From the NCBI GenBank assembly GCA_002104905.1, contig MCFE01000418.1, positions 1 to 64,000 of the forward strand: a stretch of 64,000 bases of DNA, read 5' to 3'. This document shows positions 60,377 to 64,000 of this stretch, piece by piece; within the stretch, counting starts at the first letter, position 1; every line of letters starts with the position of its first letter. Origin of the DNA: Basidiobolus meristosporus CBS 931.73 (Eukaryota; Fungi; Basidiobolomycota). A model generated the notes under the pieces. The model was not told the origin of the DNA. It was given only the letters and a program-made list of their open reading frames with translations, and did no database searches. A program made the position numbers and the translations under genes.

Positions 60377-63300
60377 TGTTGTAAAGATTCGTAATTCCAC
60401 CTAAATATTCACCTAACTTAGTCACTTAGATCATCACCTTCAAATCCTAGAGAATACTGACCAAATTCCTTGTCGGGATTTACTTTGAATATTTTCACCA
60501 AAATACCAGGTACCCAGAACATGAAAATTTGATAAGTTGTCCAAACAGCCCCAAACTTTGCACACATGTTCTTGGGACCTTCCTTAACCTATTCTACGTG
60601 TTTGTAATGTCAAGATCAGGTAAAAGTATAAATACTACTTTTACATTCAATATATCATTAAGTGAAAACCACATAATCTACTTGTTCTCCCAATCACTTC
60701 CAATATCTCCAAGACTCTTACAACAGGTTATGAGCCCCAAGCTGTCACTCTCTGCAATGTCTACTACTGCTATTACTGGAATTTTTCCCTCTGCTGAAAA
60801 GTTGGATGGATCTAACTACCAAGTGTGGAAGGTGAAGATGAAGATGCTGCTACAAGAAAGAGGCCTTTGGGATATTGTCATGGGAGAAGAATGCCCTCCT
60901 AAAAACGTGGGAGAGGAAGCCTTAAAGTACCAGAAGAAAGAACAAAGTGCCTTTAACTGCATTTGCCTTAATGTCAAGGACAAATTGCTAATTCAATGCT
61001 CAAGAGCAAAAACGGCAAAGAATGCCTGGAAGGCACTAGAAGACACCTACCAATCATGTTCAGCTGCCAAGAAAATGTATCTGAGAAGAAAATTCTTTAC
61101 TACAAAGATGCTGCCAGGAGAAGAAATGAGAAATCTAATTAACAGAATTACCCTGCTGGTAGATGAGATGGAATCTGTGGGCGTACCAACTCCTGATGAG
61201 GATGTGATAGTTACCATCCTGAATAGCCTGACAGACAAGTTTCAGGGCCTTGTATTAGCCCTAGAGTCCAGAACTGAAGATTTGACCTTAAATTACGTAT
61301 ATGGAAGGCTCCTGGATGAAGAATTAAGAAAATCAAGCGCCAATAAGAAGGAAGAAGAAAATGCTTTAATAAGCAATGATAACCAACAAAGGAGGTACCC
61401 AAGACCCTACAAAGGCAACAGCAACCTATTTTGCAACTACTGCAAAAGGAAAGAACACACATCAGACTGGTGTTTCACAAAGAGAGATTATCAGCAAAAG
61501 AAGCCTGAATATGGAAATGCTGCAACAACTGAAGATAGACTATTCATATCTGCACTAAATATGACCACAAACAAGGATTCTCAGACGTGGTATATTGACT
61601 CTGGAGCTTCTCAACACTTTACACACCAAAAAAAACTTTTTACCCAATATCATGAAATTCCAATTAAGAAGGTTTTCATGGGTGACGATAGAACACTTGA
61701 TGCAGTGGGAGAAGGAACTATCCAAGTAAACCTTAGAAGCAGTGAAGGAAGCCTTACACTGACCTTTAAAGAAGTACTCTATGTACCAGAAATAGCCAAG
61801 AACCTACTCTCTGTAAGCAAGGCCACAGCAGAAGGACTCAGTTTCAGTTTTGACAATTCTGGATGCAGGATCACTGATCAAAATGGTGCTCATATTGCTT
61901 TGGGCATCAGAGATCAGAATCTATACAAGTTGACTTATATTCCATCATATCTGGAAGCCAATATAAGTAACTTAAATGAAGAAACACCAATGCTTTGGCA
62001 CAGGAGATTTGGACACATCAATTTTGATTATTTGCGTAAAATGATCAAAGATCAGCTAATTTCTTGAGTGAAAATTGATCCCCCAGCTATTTTGGAGCAC
62101 TGTGAAGCCTGCATATATGGGAAACAAGTCAGACAACCATTCAAGAGCTCTGGGTTAATCAAAACTAAGAAAAAATTAGATCTAATTCACTCAGATCTGT
62201 GTGGACCTATGCAAAATTTATCCTTAGGCAGGATGAAGTATTTAATCACTTTTATTGATGATTATACAAGATACACATGGGTCTACTTCATGGAGAGAAA
62301 GGAAGAAGCTCTGTCTAAGTTCAGGGAGTTTAAAGCCATGGTGGAGAGAGAAACTGGGGAAAAAATCAAGAAAATACGCTCTGACAATGGTGGAGAATAT
62401 ACCTCAAAACTCTTCATCCACTTCTGCAAAATTCATGGGATAAAGCAAGAGACTACTGTACCATACTCCCCACAGCAAAATGGAGTAGCAGAACGAGCTA
62501 ACAGATCAATAATTGATATGGCAAGATCTATGATCCATGATCAAAAATTATCCTATGATTTTTGGGCGGAATCAGTTGCCACTGCTGTATATCTTAAAAA
62601 TAGGAGTTATAACAGAATACTTCGTGATTCTACTCCATTTGAAGCATGGTATGGATACAGACCAAGTGCAGAACATCTAAGAATATTTGGGTGTACAGCA
62701 TATGCCAAAAAACTGGCCGGAAATCAGTCAAAATTTGAGCCAAAAAGTGTAAAATGCATATTTTTGGGCTACTGCAATGAGAGTAAGGCATACAGACTCT
62801 ACAATACCAAAGCAAAGAAGCTGATCAAGTCCAGGGATGTGTTGTTTGATGAAAATTCAAAATTTTCACAAAAAATGACATCAGATGATGACAAAAATTT
62901 GATCTCAAGTCCACCAATTGTCAGGATTGAATCAGAGCAAAACAATGAAAATTTTTTCACTCCAGAGGACTCTACAACCGTGGTTCAGCCAGAATCAGTG
63001 CCCAGGAATATCCCAGAAGTGATCATTCCAGTATTAAATGCCCGGAGATCCAATCGGACAAGAAATAGCCCAAATTGCTATATCAATGAGGGTACAAACT
63101 TAGCCTATGCCTATTCAGTCCATATTGATGAACCCCAGACTGTAAAAGAGGCCCTAAATAGCCCTCAGACGAAGTTTTGGAGATCTGCAATGACTGAGGA
63201 ATATCAGGCCCTGATGGAAAATCAAACTTGGGACTTAGTCAAATTACCAATCAACCGAAAATCAATTGGATGCAGATGGGTCTTTAAGACAAAATACAAG

Positions 63301-64000
63301 GCTGATGGTACAATTGAAAGATACAAAGCAAGACTTGTAGCCAAAGGATACTCTCAAACAAAAGGACTTGACTATACTGAGACCTTTGCACCGGTAGCCA
63401 AGTTTAGTTCCATCAGATTAATATTGGCTATTGCAGCCAAATATAAGTTTTTTATTCATCAAATGGATGTAAAAACTGCATTTTTGAATGGAGAACTTGA
63501 TGAGGACGTGTATATGGACCAGCCTGATGGGTTGGTTGACCAAAATAACCCCCATTTGGTCTGCAAGCTTAAAAAGCCACTATATGGTCTCAAACAATCA
63601 CCAAGAGCCTGGAATTGCAAGATAGATTCTTATTTGGAATTGTTGAGTTTCAAAAGGAGTAATGCTGACTATAGTATATACTATAAGCCAGATAGAGCAA
63701 ATCCAGTTCTATTAGCTCTATATGTGGATGATCTTATTATAGCCACCAATAACCTAGAAACACTGGAAGAGACTAAATCCAGCCTATCTAAGGAGTTCAA
63801 GATGTCTGATTTAGGAGAACTTAGTTACTACTTAGGGATTAAGTTCTCCATAGACAGAAGCACCCAGACTATTACCCTAAGCCAATCCAAGTATATTCAA
63901 GATATACTAAAGAAGTACAAAATGGAAGACTGTAAACCGACAGCTACCCCAATGGAGACAAACCTTAACTTGGTCAAAACTCAACCAAATCAAGAGAGCT
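60377..64000 (+). mobile_element. Young Ty1/copia element, family B (runs past the window end)
   Basis: 349-bp LTR TGTTGTAA...TTACAACA (60377-60725) and PBS GGTTATGAGCCC (60726-60737). Gag-pol from 60757 has one TGA at 62065-62067 and then appears open to the window end (HSDLCGP, SDNGGEY, YVDDL). Confidence 0.93.

Noticed and set aside
60529-60756. 76-codon in-frame extension of gag running through LTR B, echoed by ORFs at 27509-27703 and 27815-28006
   Set aside because: It starts upstream of the LTR TATA box (GTATAAATA), so it would not be on the element's transcript. Its recurrence just reflects LTR homology.

Overview
Eukaryotic genomic DNA, most likely fungal. Short GT-AG introns, a muskelin gene and the TE set suggest a non-Dikarya lineage (inference). 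The window has three compartments. (1) 1-~31.9 kb is a CpG-poor stack of nested transposons: a young full-length Ty1/copia element (2292-6977; near-identical 369-bp LTRs, GCAAA TSD, one nonsense codon), an older copy, solo LTRs, a decayed Ty3/gypsy, several CACTA/CMC-type remnants, a structurally complete PIF/Harbinger-ISL2EU (PHIS)-type element with two divergent ORFs, and a 731-bp foldback MITE sharing its ends. (2) ~31.9-55.2 kb is a CpG-rich gene island: three paralogous secreted Gly-rich proteins, PDB1, a secreted protein with an amyloid-like Cys-capped tail, phospholipase C, an SDR, nudE, muskelin, PUS3/DEG1, a DUF1764-like gene, two orphans, RPS26 and a small Cys-containing secreted protein. 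(3) 55.2-64 kb is TE DNA again, ending in a second young copia family. The best novelty candidates are the secreted Gly-rich triplet, the PHIS element with its MITE and internal CpG asymmetry, the amyloid-tail protein and a possible LINE-derived domesticated gene. All coordinates, splice models and identities were read by eye; no searches were run.
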